Of a DNA stretch of 41,705 nucleotides, positions 25,877 through 34,045 are shown in pieces. Positions within the stretch are counted from its first letter, which is position 1, and every line of letters starts with the position of its first letter. Under the pieces are notes generated by a model. That model saw only the letters and a program-made list of their open reading frames with translations. It was not told the origin of the DNA and made no database searches. A program made the position numbers and the translations under genes. The stretch comes from Gemmatimonadales bacterium (GTDB lineage: Bacteria > Gemmatimonadota > Gemmatimonadetes > Gemmatimonadales > Gemmatimonadaceae), in NCBI GenBank assembly GCA_038258695.1, contig JBBSPO010000001.1, positions 1-41,705 of the forward strand, written 5' to 3'.

Positions 25877-27412
25877 ATGCGTTCACTTCGAGTTACCCGT
25901 CGCGCCAGTGCGCGATTCTTGCCCGTCTCCGCTGCTGCGGCGCTCACACTCACACTCACGGCCACCGCAGGTGCACAGCCGGGCGGAGTTGCTCCGAGCT
26001 GCGAGATTGAGTTCAACAGCCCCAAAGAACTGTTCGTTGCAAACATCGCGTTCCAGGAGGCCGCCGGTAAAGAAGGGGCTGAGCGCGCCGTGGCGCTCAG
26101 GAAGACGATGGGCGAACTGACCAACCGTCCGGAACGTTTCCAGGATCGTAACGTCACGGGCTATCACATGTTGCTGGCCCAAACGCTGTCGTTGTGGATT
26201 GCCGATGAAAATACACCGGTGAACACGACAACCAGCGCCATTGGTTCACGCGCCGCGGACGGCCCGGTTGACCTGGTGCAGGCCACCAATGCGGCGTTCG
26301 ATGCCGTGATTGCCGCCGATGCCACGTGTGCCTCAAACGTGGCCACCATGCGTCAGAGCGAAGGGTGGTTGGCTGTCACACGAAAAGCGCTTGATTTTGC
26401 CGGCAGCAATCCGGACAGTGCCGAGATCTACGCCAACTATTCGCTGGCCCTGCTGCCCACCGACAATCCGTATCCGTTCCAGGTGCTGGGCGTGGCCGCG
26501 CAGCGCAAGGGCGACCTCGCCACCGCTATCACCAACTGGGAGAAGGCGGTTGAGGCGTCGGGCACCGACAGTGCGTATGCCGACGTGCGTCAGAACAGCA
26601 TTTATTACATCGGCATGTACACGCTGTCGATGTCGCGCGAACTGACCGGCGATGAGCAGAAGGCCAAGCTCAACAGCGCTGTTGAGGCGCTGAACAAGTA
26701 CCTGACCGAGTTCGGCAGCTCGCCGGAAGCGCCAACGATCATGCAGGGGTTGGGTGAGGCGTATCTGACGTTGGGCGATTCGGCCAAGGTCTCCAGTGTC
26801 TATGCACCAATGCTCGCCACGCCATCGGCCTATGACGATTACCCGCTGACCATGGCAGGCGTGCTGGCCACGCAGGTGGACCGGGTCGAAGACGCGGCGG
26901 CCCTGTTTGAAGCCGCCATCGCCAAGAACCCGAACCAGCGTGACGCGCTGCGCAATCTGGCCGCTACGTATTACACGGCCAAGCAGTACGATAAAATGGC
27001 CAAGCCGCTCGATGTCTTGGTGACCATTGACCCCAACAACTACGACGCCTGGTCCATGTACGCATTCGGCGCGCAGGGTCGCATGCAGGACGCGACCGTG
27101 CCGGCTCAGAAAAAGATGTGGACGGATTCGCTCATTGCCTACGCTGCCAAGGCCGACAGCCTGCCCGTGAAGGTGGTGGTGGACGAGTTCCAGCGTCTTC
27201 CGGAGTCAGTAGTCTTCGCAGCTCGCGTCGAGGGCAACTCAGCCGCACCAAAGGCCAATACGTTCACCGTCGAGTTCCTTGATGCGAGCGGGAATGTGGT
27301 CACCACGGCCACCGAGGAACTGGCCGCGATCCCAATGGGCGAGACCAAGCAGGTTCGGCTGCAGGCAGAAGGAACTGGCATCGTCGCCTACCGCTACAAG
27401 CCGCTGTCCTGA
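25877..27412 (+). CDS. Secreted TPR-repeat protein
   Basis: I trimmed the track ORF (25664) to the ATG at 25877, preceded by AGGAGA at 25861. The signal peptide is FLPVSAAAALTLTLTATAGAQ. TPR-like helical repeats include GDLATAITNWEKAVE, LGEAYLTLGDSAKV, EDAAALFEAAIAKNPNQRDALRNLAATYY and KQYDKMAKPLDVLVTIDPNNYDAW. Confidence 0.8.
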   Translation: MRSLRVTRRASARFLPVSAAAALTLTLTATAGAQPGGVAPSCEIEFNSPKELFVANIAFQEAAGKEGAERAVALRKTMGELTNRPERFQDRNVTGYHMLLAQTLSLWIADENTPVNTTTSAIGSRAADGPVDLVQATNAAFDAVIAADATCASNVATMRQSEGWLAVTRKALDFAGSNPDSAEIYANYSLALLPTDNPYPFQVLGVAAQRKGDLATAITNWEKAVEASGTDSAYADVRQNSIYYIGMYTLSMSRELTGDEQKAKLNSAVEALNKYLTEFGSSPEAPTIMQGLGEAYLTLGDSAKVSSVYAPMLATPSAYDDYPLTMAGVLATQVDRVEDAAALFEAAIAKNPNQRDALRNLAATYYTAKQYDKMAKPLDVLVTIDPNNYDAWSMYAFGAQGRMQDATVPAQKKMWTDSLIAYAAKADSLPVKVVVDEFQRLPESVVFAARVEGNSAAPKANTFTVEFLDASGNVVTTATEELAAIPMGETKQVRLQAEGTGIVAYRYKPLS

Positions 27413-27422
27413 AGCCCGGTCT

Positions 27423-27452
27423 TCAGCGCCGCCTTGTCCGAGGCGGTGCTGA
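27423..27452 (+). terminator. 11-bp stem hairpin after the TPR gene (weak terminator or attenuator, no U-tract)
   Basis: TCAGCGCCGCC (27423-33) pairs with GGCGGTGCTGA (27442-52) with one G-U wobble and an 8-nt loop. It lies 19 nt upstream of the BMP gene ATG. Confidence 0.3.
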
Positions 27453-27470
27453 GGGCGATCCTTCCGTCTC

Positions 27471-28508
27471 ATGCGTCGGACTCTCTATCTGCTGGGCGCC
27501 CTTGTGGCAGCCCACCTGCTACTGCTGACTATCACACCCTCTGGCGCCACAATCGCACCAGAGGGTGAAGGTCTTGATATCGGCATCGTTTTCGATGTCG
27601 GTGGCCGCGGCGACAAATCGTTCAACGACGGTGCCTACCTGGGCGGCCTGCTGGCCGCTGACTCACTGGGTGCGCGTGTGCGGTACATCGAGCCCGGCGA
27701 AGGCTCCGACCGCGAAGCGGGTCTGCGACTGCTGGCCGCCGAGGGCATGGATCTCGTGCTGGCCGTCGGGTTCATCTTTACTGATGACGTGCTCACCCTC
27801 GCCCGGGACTATCCCAATGTGAAATTCGCGGGCGTTGACTACGCGGTGTCGTTTGACGACGCCGGCAACCCGTTACCGCTGCCCGACAACCTGGTCGCGC
27901 TCAAGTTCCGCGAAGAGGAAGGGTCGTTTCTGGTCGGCGCGCTCGCCGCGCTCGTGGGCGACTCAAAAAAAGTGGGCTTCATTGGCGGCATGGACATCGG
28001 CCTCATTCATAAGTTCGAGGCGGGTTATCGCGCCGGTGTGATGCATGTCTGCCCCGACTGCGAAGTGCTCGTGCAGTACGCCGGCGTCACCCCCGAAGCC
28101 TTCAAAAACCCCGGCAAGGGCAAAGAGCTGGCGCTCAGTCAGTATGCCCAGGGTGTGAACGTGATTTTTCATGCATCGGGCTCAACCGGGCTCGGCGTGT
28201 TTGAAGCGGCGCGCACCACCGGCAAACTGGCTATCGGCGTTGATGCTGACCAGTACGCCGAAGCACCGGGCCACGTGCTGACGTCCATGGTCAAGGGCAT
28301 TGACGCGGCGGTCTTCGATGCGGCGCGCGCCGTGCAGGACGGCACATTTGAGGGCGGTGTGCGCGTATTTGGTCTGGCCGAACGCGGTGTCGGCTATGTG
28401 TACGACCAAAACAATGCCGCGCTTATTCCCGACGCGGTGCGCAACCGACTGCAGGAACTGGAAGCCGATATCATCGCGGGTCGTATTCGCGTACCGAGCA
28501 CGCGTTGA
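27471..28508 (+). CDS. BMP-family (PnrA/Med-like) ABC transporter substrate-binding protein, probably nucleoside-binding
   Basis: After a signal peptide comes IGIVFDVGGRGDKSFNDGAYLGG, followed by VGFIGGMDIGLIHKFEAGYRAG, typical of basic-membrane-protein family binding proteins. Confidence 0.9.
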   Translation: MRRTLYLLGALVAAHLLLLTITPSGATIAPEGEGLDIGIVFDVGGRGDKSFNDGAYLGGLLAADSLGARVRYIEPGEGSDREAGLRLLAAEGMDLVLAVGFIFTDDVLTLARDYPNVKFAGVDYAVSFDDAGNPLPLPDNLVALKFREEEGSFLVGALAALVGDSKKVGFIGGMDIGLIHKFEAGYRAGVMHVCPDCEVLVQYAGVTPEAFKNPGKGKELALSQYAQGVNVIFHASGSTGLGVFEAARTTGKLAIGVDADQYAEAPGHVLTSMVKGIDAAVFDAARAVQDGTFEGGVRVFGLAERGVGYVYDQNNAALIPDAVRNRLQELEADIIAGRIRVPSTR

Positions 28509-30145
28509 GCACCGCTGCATCTACCGTAGCATCTGATGTACCAGCCGCATCGATGGCGGTGCGCATGCAGCGGGTATGCAAGCACTTTGGTGCCGTACAG
28601 GCTAATCGCGACGTCAACTTTGAGGTGGCCACCGGCGAAATTCATGCGCTGGTAGGAGAAAATGGGGCGGGCAAAAGCACGCTCATGCATATCCTCAGCG
28701 GGCTGCACACGCCAAGCGACGGCAGCGTTGAGGTGTTTGGGAAAGATGCAACGGGCTGGGACACCAATGCCGCCATTGCGGCGGGTGTGGGTATGGTGCA
28801 TCAGCATTTCATGCTTGTACCGACGCTCACCGTGGCCGAAAATCTTGTGCTGGGCCGTGAGCCGGTGCGCGGTGTGCAGCTCGATCAGCGCCGCGCGGAA
28901 GCCGATGTGCGCGCGCTCGCCGAACGCACCGGCCTACGCGTTGATCCTACCCGCACGATTGCAGAGCTGAGTGTGGGCGAAGCGCAGCGGGTGGAGATTC
29001 TCAAGGTGCTCTACCGCGGCGCGCGCGTGCTGGTGCTCGATGAACCAACGGCCGTGCTCTCACCACCCGAAGTGAATGAGCTGTGGACGGTACTGCGTGG
29101 GCTGCGTGCGCAGGGCGATACCATCATCATCATTACGCACAAGCTCGACGAAGTGGTGGCCATTTCTGACACGATCACGGTCATGCGTGATGGTCGCTCG
29201 GTGGCGCGCCTGGCCACCTCGGGCACGTCGCCCCGGGAGATCGCGCGCGCGATGGTGGGGCGCGATGTGGCGTTGGCGCTGGATGCGGTGCCCGCTGCAG
29301 CATTGTCGCAGGCGGCGCATGCGTCCGATGCGGCCAGTGAGCCGGGTGTCGCGACTACGCCGACTGCCTCCCGTGCGCCGGACACCTCCTCCACCGCCGC
29401 CCTTTCCGTTCGTGCGCTTTCCGTGCTCGGCGATCGCGGCAACCAGGTCATTGAGGCACTCTCGTTTGATGTGCAACCTGGTGAGATTTTTGGCATTGCC
29501 GGCGTTGAGGGTAACGGGCAGTCGGAGTTGCTCGACGTGATTGCCGGTCTGCGGCGTGCGCAGTCGGGCAGTGTGCATCTGGGCAACCGCGACGTGACGG
29601 CGCTTGATGTGCGATCGCGTGCTGATGCCGGACTGTCGCACATCCCCGAAGACCGGCACCGCCGAGGACTGATTCTCGACTACAGCGTGGCCGACAACCT
29701 GCTGCTGGGACAGCAACATCGATTCAGTACGTCGTTCGGTCTCGATCGCGAGCGCATTGCGCAGCACGCCGTCACACAGGTGCGGACGTTTGACATTCGT
29801 CCGCCCGATCCATCGCTGTCCGCCCGCAGTTTGTCGGGCGGTAATCAGCAGAAGATTGTGATTGCGCGCGAAATGGGGCGTCCGTTTTCTGTGTTGCTGG
29901 CGGCGCAGCCTACCCGAGGCGTTGATGTGGGGGCCATCGAGTTTATTCACGCGCAGCTACGGGCCGCGCGCGCCAGCGGCAAAGGTGTGCTGTTGGTGTC
30001 GGCCGATCTGTCAGAAGTGCTGGCCTTGGCAGACCGGATTGCGGTGATGTACGAAGGCCGACTGGCCTGCCTGTTGCCAGCCACCGAGTGTACCGCCGAG
30101 CTGTTGGGGCCGTACATGACGGGCGCATCGCACGCCGCTGCATGA
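28505..30145 (+). CDS. ABC transporter ATP-binding protein with duplicated ATPase domains
   Basis: Walker A is GENGAGKST, the signature-like motif is LSVGEAQRVEI, Walker B is VLVLDEPT, and the second domain has LSGGNQQK. The track start is TTG at 28505 (TTGA overlap with the upstream stop). An alternative ATG at 28553 (MAVRMQRVCKHFG) is equally plausible. Confidence 0.9.
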   Translation: MSTAASTVASDVPAASMAVRMQRVCKHFGAVQANRDVNFEVATGEIHALVGENGAGKSTLMHILSGLHTPSDGSVEVFGKDATGWDTNAAIAAGVGMVHQHFMLVPTLTVAENLVLGREPVRGVQLDQRRAEADVRALAERTGLRVDPTRTIAELSVGEAQRVEILKVLYRGARVLVLDEPTAVLSPPEVNELWTVLRGLRAQGDTIIIITHKLDEVVAISDTITVMRDGRSVARLATSGTSPREIARAMVGRDVALALDAVPAAALSQAAHASDAASEPGVATTPTASRAPDTSSTAALSVRALSVLGDRGNQVIEALSFDVQPGEIFGIAGVEGNGQSELLDVIAGLRRAQSGSVHLGNRDVTALDVRSRADAGLSHIPEDRHRRGLILDYSVADNLLLGQQHRFSTSFGLDRERIAQHAVTQVRTFDIRPPDPSLSARSLSGGNQQKIVIAREMGRPFSVLLAAQPTRGVDVGAIEFIHAQLRAARASGKGVLLVSADLSEVLALADRIAVMYEGRLACLLPATECTAELLGPYMTGASHAAA

Positions 30146-31224
30146 GTACGATCAAGCGTGCAGCGCACGCCCTGCTGGCGCCGGTGCTGGCGGTGGCGAT
30201 TGCCATGGTGGTGGGTGACCTGCTCATTCTCACCTATGGTGAATCACCGGGCACCGTGTACGCGCTGTTGCTCGAGGGCACGTGGGGCAACGCGTACGGA
30301 TTCGGGCAGGTGCTCTACAAAACAATGACGCTCATTTGCACCGGACTGGCGTTTGCGTACGCCGCGCGGGCCGGGTTGTTCAATGTGGGTGCCGAAGGTC
30401 AGCTCGCGGCCGGTGGGTTTGCGGCAGCAGTGATCGGGTTGGTGTTGCCGGCTGCCACCCCCGCGTTGATTGCGGTTGTGTTGTGCACAGCCGGCGCGAT
30501 GGGAGCGGGCGCGTTCACCGGCGCCGTGCCGGGCGTGCTGCGCGCACGGTTTGGCGCGAGCGAAGTGATCGTGACGATCATGCTCAACTTTATTGTGCTG
30601 GCATTGCTCAACTACGCCGTGGCGTCGCATCTGGCGGTACCGGAAACGTTGCACACGGAAGTAATGCAGGCGGGCTTTATCGCCCGACTGGGCGCGTTTT
30701 TGCCGGCGTTTGCCGGTTCGGCGGCCAATCTGACGATTGTGATTGCGGTGGTTGCGGCCATCGCTGCATGGTGGGTGATGTTCCGCACGCGCTCCGGTTA
30801 TGAACTGCGGGCGGTTGGACTGCAGCCCGATGCCGCGGAGTATGGTGGCGTAAACGTACCGCGCACATGGCTACGCGCCATGATCTGGTCCGGTGCGTTT
30901 GCTGGTCTTGGCGGCATCAACTTTGTGCTGGGCTACAAGCATTATTACGAAGAAGGGTTTGCGGCGGGCTCGGGATTTCTGGGCATCGCAGTGGCCCTGG
31001 TTGGCCGCAATCATCCGCTCGGCATCATTGCCGCGGCGCTGTTGTTTGCGACGTTGTCGCAGGGTGGGCTGGCGGTCAATGCGCTGGTGCCCAAGCAGCT
31101 GGTGGACATTTTGCAAGCGGTCGTGATTCTGGCCGTAGCCACCACGGTGCCTGAAGTGCAGCGTTTGTTGCAGCGCGCCGCGGCCGTTGCGGTCCGTCGC
31201 AACGATACGGAGCCCACCACGTGA
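30142..31224 (+). CDS. ABC transporter permease (BMP/ribose-type)
   Basis: I trimmed the track ORF to the ATG at 30142, which overlaps the ATPase TGA (ATGA). The protein is polytopic, with the motif FNVGAEGQL. Confidence 0.9.
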   Translation: MSTIKRAAHALLAPVLAVAIAMVVGDLLILTYGESPGTVYALLLEGTWGNAYGFGQVLYKTMTLICTGLAFAYAARAGLFNVGAEGQLAAGGFAAAVIGLVLPAATPALIAVVLCTAGAMGAGAFTGAVPGVLRARFGASEVIVTIMLNFIVLALLNYAVASHLAVPETLHTEVMQAGFIARLGAFLPAFAGSAANLTIVIAVVAAIAAWWVMFRTRSGYELRAVGLQPDAAEYGGVNVPRTWLRAMIWSGAFAGLGGINFVLGYKHYYEEGFAAGSGFLGIAVALVGRNHPLGIIAAALLFATLSQGGLAVNALVPKQLVDILQAVVILAVATTVPEVQRLLQRAAAVAVRRNDTEPTT

Positions 31225-32099
31225 TTGCGCTTGCTTTTGTGCTGCAGACCATGCGCATTGCCATTCCGTATTTGCTGGCGGCAGCTGGCGGCGTGATTTC
31301 GGAGCGCGTGGGTGTAATTGCACTCGGCCTGGAAGGCATGATGCTGGCTGGTGCGTTTGGTGCGGTGCTCGGGTCGTATTATGGAGGCAACGCGTGGATT
31401 GGTTTGGCGTGCGCGATGTTGGCCGGACTGATTGTGGCGCTCATCATGGCGTTGTGCACGCTACGTTATCGTGCCAATCAGGTGGTGGTTGGCATTGCAG
31501 TGAACCTGTTGGTGATTGGTGCAACACGGTTCTTTTTGCGGCTGTCATTTGACAGTGCCTCCAACTCGCCGCGTGTTGACGGCTTTGGTGGTGAAGGCAG
31601 CGGCCTGGGTGTGATGGCGAGCTTTTCCAACCCCATTGTGTGGATTGGCTTGCTGGCGTTGCCGGTGCTCAGCTGGCTGTTGTTCCGCACCCCGTTTGGT
31701 CTGCGCGTGCGGGCGGTTGGTGAGAAGCCCGAAGCAGCGGCGACACTGGGTGTCCCGGTGCGTGCGCTGCAGCTGCGTGGGCTGTTGCTGTGCGGCGTAC
31801 TGGCGTCATTGGGTGGTGCGTATCTGGCGCTCGACCAGCATCAGTTCACCGATAGCATGACGGCCGGCCGCGGTTTTATTGCGTTGGCGGCCATCATTTT
31901 CGGGCGTTGGATGCCGTTGCGTGTCGGGGCGGCCTGTCTGCTCTTTGCCGCCGCCGAAACGCTGCAGATTCAGTTGCAGGGTGCGCAGCTGGTGCCGTCG
32001 CAGTTTGTGGAGCTCATTCCGTATGTGCTCACCATTGTGGCACTGGCGGGCGTGGTCGGAAAGTCGGTGCCACCTGCCGCATTGGGTAAAGCGCAGTGA
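31221..32099 (+). CDS. ABC transporter permease (second subunit)
   Basis: GTG at 31221 overlaps the upstream TGA (GTGA). The motif AAAGGVISERVGVIALGLEGMML is typical of the second permease of BMP-type importers. Confidence 0.9.
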   Translation: MIALAFVLQTMRIAIPYLLAAAGGVISERVGVIALGLEGMMLAGAFGAVLGSYYGGNAWIGLACAMLAGLIVALIMALCTLRYRANQVVVGIAVNLLVIGATRFFLRLSFDSASNSPRVDGFGGEGSGLGVMASFSNPIVWIGLLALPVLSWLLFRTPFGLRVRAVGEKPEAAATLGVPVRALQLRGLLLCGVLASLGGAYLALDQHQFTDSMTAGRGFIALAAIIFGRWMPLRVGAACLLFAAAETLQIQLQGAQLVPSQFVELIPYVLTIVALAGVVGKSVPPAALGKAQ

Positions 32100-33334
32100 G
32101 CTTGGAAACGGACACTGCGGAGCATGAAGCACCAGAAAACGCCAAAGGGAAACTCATCATCCTGATGGTGTCGGCCTTCATCGACATGCTTGGCATGTTG
32201 ATGATCCTGCCACTGCTACCGTTTTATGCTGAAAAGCTTGGCGCTGGTGGATTGATTGTGGGTTTGCTGGTGGCGTCGTTCTCGGTGGCGCAGCTATTGA
32301 GTGCGCCAATCTGGGGACGGTTTTCCGATCGCTACGGCCGGCGCCCTGCGTTGCTGGTGAGTCTGGTGGCGTCGGCCATTGCGTTCGTGGTGTTTGCCTA
32401 CGCTGATTCGCTGTGGCTGCTGTTTGTCTCGCGCATTATTCAAGGCGCGGGTGGTGGGACGGTGGGCGTGATTCAGGCGTATGTTGCCGACGCCACCAAG
32501 CCTGACGATCGCGCGCGCGTGCTCGGCTGGTTGAGTGCGGCTACGAATGCGGGTGTGGCACTGGGTCCGGCGATTGGATCGTGGCTGCGGCCGTTGGGTG
32601 CGGAGTGGCCGGGCCTGGTCGCCGCCGGATTGTGTGTGGTGAACATGCTTTTTGTGTGGCGCTACCTCACAGAAGCGCGCACCATCAATACGGCCGACCG
32701 CAAACTCGCCGATGCAGGACGCGGCAGTTCGCGCGCAGTGATTGCACGTGTGGTGTCACACCCCAACGAACCGGCGTCACGGCTGATTCTCATTTACGCG
32801 TTGGCGATTGGTGCCTTTCAGGGCATCACAGCGGTACTGGCGCTGTTCCTGGGCTGGCGCTTCGGGTTTACCGAGCTTTCCATTGGCTATGTGTTCACTT
32901 ACATCGGCGTGCTGTCGGTGGTGGCGCGCGCTGTGTTTCTGGGTGGCCTGGTAGACCGATACGGCGAAGCACGGCTGGCGCGCATTGGATTGGTGCTGCT
33001 CACCACCGGGTTGCTCGCGGTGGGACTGGCTCCCAATCGGGTGCTGCTCTTTGCCGCGGTGGCGCTGCTACCCATGGGCACCGCGTTCACGTTCCCCTGT
33101 GTGACGGCACTGCTGTCGCGCGTGATCAGCAGTGCGCAGCGCGGATTGTACATGGGTGTGCAGCAGACGTACGGCGGTATTTCGCGCGTGGGGTTCCCGA
33201 TCGTGTTTGGCTTGGCCTACGACGCGGTGGGCAAGTCCTCACCGTTCTTTATTTCTGCCACCATGGTGCTGATCACGTTTTTCTTGGCCAGCAACATCGC
33301 GTCGTTTGCGCCTCCCCGGAAGCGTGCGGTGTAG
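32096..33334 (+). CDS. MFS transporter (drug/H+ antiporter-like, 12 TM)
   Basis: GTG at 32096 overlaps the permease TGA (GTGA). MFS motif A is GRFSDRYGRRPALL, and motif C-like is GGGTVGV. Confidence 0.85.
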   Translation: MSLETDTAEHEAPENAKGKLIILMVSAFIDMLGMLMILPLLPFYAEKLGAGGLIVGLLVASFSVAQLLSAPIWGRFSDRYGRRPALLVSLVASAIAFVVFAYADSLWLLFVSRIIQGAGGGTVGVIQAYVADATKPDDRARVLGWLSAATNAGVALGPAIGSWLRPLGAEWPGLVAAGLCVVNMLFVWRYLTEARTINTADRKLADAGRGSSRAVIARVVSHPNEPASRLILIYALAIGAFQGITAVLALFLGWRFGFTELSIGYVFTYIGVLSVVARAVFLGGLVDRYGEARLARIGLVLLTTGLLAVGLAPNRVLLFAAVALLPMGTAFTFPCVTALLSRVISSAQRGLYMGVQQTYGGISRVGFPIVFGLAYDAVGKSSPFFISATMVLITFFLASNIASFAPPRKRAV

Positions 33335-33342
33335 CAGCACCT

Positions 33343-33966
33343 TTACGCCGAACGCACACCCGGCTCAGACGCGATCACGGTCCGGGCGATATTCACCATC
33401 GGGACAGACTTGTCCTGACTCGTGCGCTGCATGATGCGGTATGCTTCCTGCTCCGAGCTTCCGGTGCGTCGCATGAGAATGCCTTTGGCTCGCTCAATCA
33501 ACTTGCGCGCCTCCAACTGGGCGATCGCCTGCGCGCACTCCTCCTGCACCCGGGCCAGCTCCTGCGCTCTGAGCACGGCCAGTCGCAGTGAGGCCTCGAG
33601 CACGTTATCGGGAATCGGCTTGAGCAACAGGGCGGTGGCGTGTGAGTGCTCCGCATCTTCGGGCAACAGTTGCAGTGAAGCGTCGGCTGTGCAGAGCACG
33701 ATTGCGATGTTGGGCAGACTTTCCCTGATTTCATGCACCATAGCAATCGCGCTGACGTCACCGTGTGCGTTCAGATCAATCAGGGCGACGTCGGGGCTGA
33801 GCGGCGGCACCACTGGCTCTGCTGAGCGCGGCACCACAGCAAAACCAAGTGCCGTGAGCTGCGAGGTGAGTTGCTCCTGTGAGCCCGCATCAGCGTCCAC
33901 CACCAGCACTCGCAACGGCAAAAGATTGCTCACAGTGTTGGTAGCCTCAGCGTATGCGTCAGACAA
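33343..33966 (-). CDS. ANTAR-domain response regulator (REC + ANTAR RNA-binding output)
   Basis: The receiver domain is LRVLVVDADAGSQEQL...DVALIDLN. The ANTAR helix pair is LEARKLIERAKGILMRRTGSSEQEAYRIMQRTSQDKSVPMVNIARTVI. The track start at 33966 is TTG. GTG at 33933 (VSNLLPLRVLVVD) is a likely alternative. Confidence 0.85.
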   Translation of the reverse strand: MSDAYAEATNTVSNLLPLRVLVVDADAGSQEQLTSQLTALGFAVVPRSAEPVVPPLSPDVALIDLNAHGDVSAIAMVHEIRESLPNIAIVLCTADASLQLLPEDAEHSHATALLLKPIPDNVLEASLRLAVLRAQELARVQEECAQAIAQLEARKLIERAKGILMRRTGSSEQEAYRIMQRTSQDKSVPMVNIARTVIASEPGVRSA

Positions 33967-34045
33967 CTTGATTACCCGACACGCAAACTACGCCACATGG
34001 CGCGTTTTGATGTCAGCAGTTGCCTGACACACTGAAGGGTTTTGC

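Noticed and set aside
32581-33591. 336-aa alternate-frame plus-strand ORF overlapping the MFS gene and the ANTAR gene
   Set aside because: The MFS frame has 12 TM segments and motif A. The alternate frame is Arg/Gly/His-rich and runs through the convergent gene.
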